From Lentisphaerota bacterium (GTDB taxonomy: Bacteria; Verrucomicrobiota; Lentisphaeria; Victivallales; UBA1829), in the NCBI GenBank assembly GCA_015061915.1, contig SUVR01000002.1, positions 60,670 through 124,669 of the forward strand: a DNA stretch of 64,000 bases. Direction: 5' to 3'. The notes below the pieces were generated by a model. The model searched no databases and had not been told where the DNA came from. It saw only the letters and a program-made list of their open reading frames with translations. Positions 62,928 to 64,000 of this stretch are shown here, one piece after another. Within the stretch, counting starts at the first letter, position 1. Each line of letters opens with the position of its first letter. The position numbers were made by a program, and so were the translations under genes.

Positions 62928-64000
62928 TCAACAGCCGTTCAGCATAGCTGCAATGTCCCGTTCCGGCTCTCCGATCCCCTTCAGATCAAAGTTTTCCACC
63001 AGCACCTTCGCCACGCCGGGAGAGAGAAACGCCGGCAGTGTGGGACCGAGACGGATCTTCCGGTAGCCGAGGGACAACAATGCAAGCAGGACCGCCACCG
63101 CTTTCTGTTCGTACCAGGCGAGATCAAAAGAGACCGGCACCCGGATCCCGGAAAGATCGCTGATCGTCTTGAGCATCGTCACAATCCGGTAGCTGTCGTT
63201 GCACTGTCCGGCATCAAGGATGTTCTTCCGGTTCAACTTGAGAAAACGGAATTTTGCGCACCCGGCAGTCACGATCAACACATCATCCGGCAGGGCTTCA
63301 GCCACACGGGTATAATAATCCCGGCTCCGGTGTCTGCCGTCACAACCCGCCATCACCACGATCCGGCGGATCCTGCCTGCCATCACATCTTCCGCGATCC
63401 CGGTCAGATCCGGCAGCCCCCCGTGAATAAGATTATTTTCCAGCTGTCGCGGCAGCGGACAGGTCTTCGCCAATGCAATTACTGCCCCGAAATCTTTTGG
63501 CGAACCATCCGGGATGTGGGGGATGTTCGGATAACCCGCCGTTCCGGTGGTGAAAATCCGATCCTGATAACTGCTCTGCACCGGAATGATACAGTTGGTC
63601 GTCAGAATGATCGGACCGTTGAACGAAGCAAATTCTTCGTTCTGACGGAACCAGGAAGAACCATAGTTGCCGTAAAGATGCTGAAATTTCTTCAGAACAG
63701 GATAATAATGTGCCGGCAGCATTTCACCGTGCGTATAAACATCCACCCCGGAATGTTCCGTCTGCTGCAGCAGTTCGTAAAGATCCTGCAGATCGTGACC
63801 CGAAATCAGGATCCCGGGGCGGGGACCGGTGCCGGTCCGGACGGAAGTGGAAACCGGATCGCCGAACCGTTCCCGGTGGGCAGCATCCAGCAGCGCCATC
63901 GTATCGACAGCCGTTCTGCCGCAGGCAAGAACCAGCTCCGTCATAGCATCAACAGATTCCTCCATCACAGTAGCGGCAAGGGCTTTGAACAGGAAATCAC
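62928..64000 (-). CDS. hcp: hydroxylamine reductase / hybrid-cluster protein, C-terminal part (gene continues beyond window end)
   Basis: HGEMLPAHYYPVLKKFQHLYGNYGSSWFRQNEEF and GPIILTTNCI are typical Hcp segments. The frame stays open upstream of the track start (63968 is an internal GTG) to nt 64000. Confidence 0.85.
   Translation of the reverse strand, partial: DFLFKALAATVMEESVDAMTELVLACGRTAVDTMALLDAAHRERFGDPVSTSVRTGTGPRPGILISGHDLQDLYELLQQTEHSGVDVYTHGEMLPAHYYPVLKKFQHLYGNYGSSWFRQNEEFASFNGPIILTTNCIIPVQSSYQDRIFTTGTAGYPNIPHIPDGSPKDFGAVIALAKTCPLPRQLENNLIHGGLPDLTGIAEDVMAGRIRRIVVMAGCDGRHRSRDYYTRVAEALPDDVLIVTAGCAKFRFLKLNRKNILDAGQCNDSYRIVTMLKTISDLSGIRVPVSFDLAWYEQKAVAVLLALLSLGYRKIRLGPTLPAFLSPGVAKVLVENFDLKGIGEPERDIAAMLNGC

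Noticed and set aside
1-64000. Search for mobile elements, prophage, a genomic island or a defence system (transposase, integrase, restriction-modification, toxin-antitoxin, Cas)
   Set aside because: No ORF shows DDE, tyrosine or serine recombinase, methyltransferase-endonuclease pair, or typical TA motifs. Gene content is housekeeping and metabolic, with a uniform coding style. The only candidates for mobility are the four palindromic elements, which have no associated enzyme here.

Overview
This is a dense 64-kb chromosomal window with about 50 protein genes from a moderately GC-rich Gram-negative bacterium that looks anaerobic. I saw no rRNA, tRNA, CRISPR array, transposase or integrase.

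Gene content, in rough map order:
- Transport and glycan use: an iron/cobalamin-type ABC importer (window start to 2026), then cytoplasmic GH78-like and GH29 glycosidases.
- Core functions: rpsA, mreB, lysA, a SurA-like PPIase and lpxA.
- A minus-strand guaA-galK block, followed by a long minus-strand queF-argJ-argB-msbA-like-rlmI run.
- An NrdR-controlled nrdG-nrdD-trxB operon.
- mnmG, a gyrA-folP-cdaA-cdaR operon, htpG-dnaJ, pta and a partial hcp.

Class III RNR, Hcp, an FrhB-like Fe-S protein, an FGE-type protein, a TIGR04073-like protein and many glycan genes would fit a PVC-group (Lentisphaerota, Kiritimatiellota or Verrucomicrobiota-like) anaerobe. That placement is low-confidence inference.

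The ORF track allows GTG and TTG starts, so I moved several starts to downstream ATGs that have Shine-Dalgarno sequences.

Most notable observations:
1. Four intergenic 'closed three-hairpin' palindromic elements at 10376-10507, 13177-13351, 43822-43949 and 50172-50309. In each, a 13-24 bp outer inverted repeat encloses exactly three hairpins and the local intrinsic terminator. I do not recognise this architecture as a described repeat family.
2. An atypical sugar-type ABC importer at 57744-62924. The substrate-binding protein is fused between two TM helices to the MalF-like permease. The MalG-like permease carries an extracytoplasmic domain of about 585 aa built from eight repeats. No ATPase gene is adjacent.
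3. NrdD carries a C-terminal glutaredoxin-like CPNC domain and is followed directly by trxB, which suggests a thiol-dependent class III RNR.
4. GuaA has a truncated glutamine-amidotransferase domain that appears to lack its catalytic residues.

All functional calls rest on motif recognition by eye. No database search was possible.
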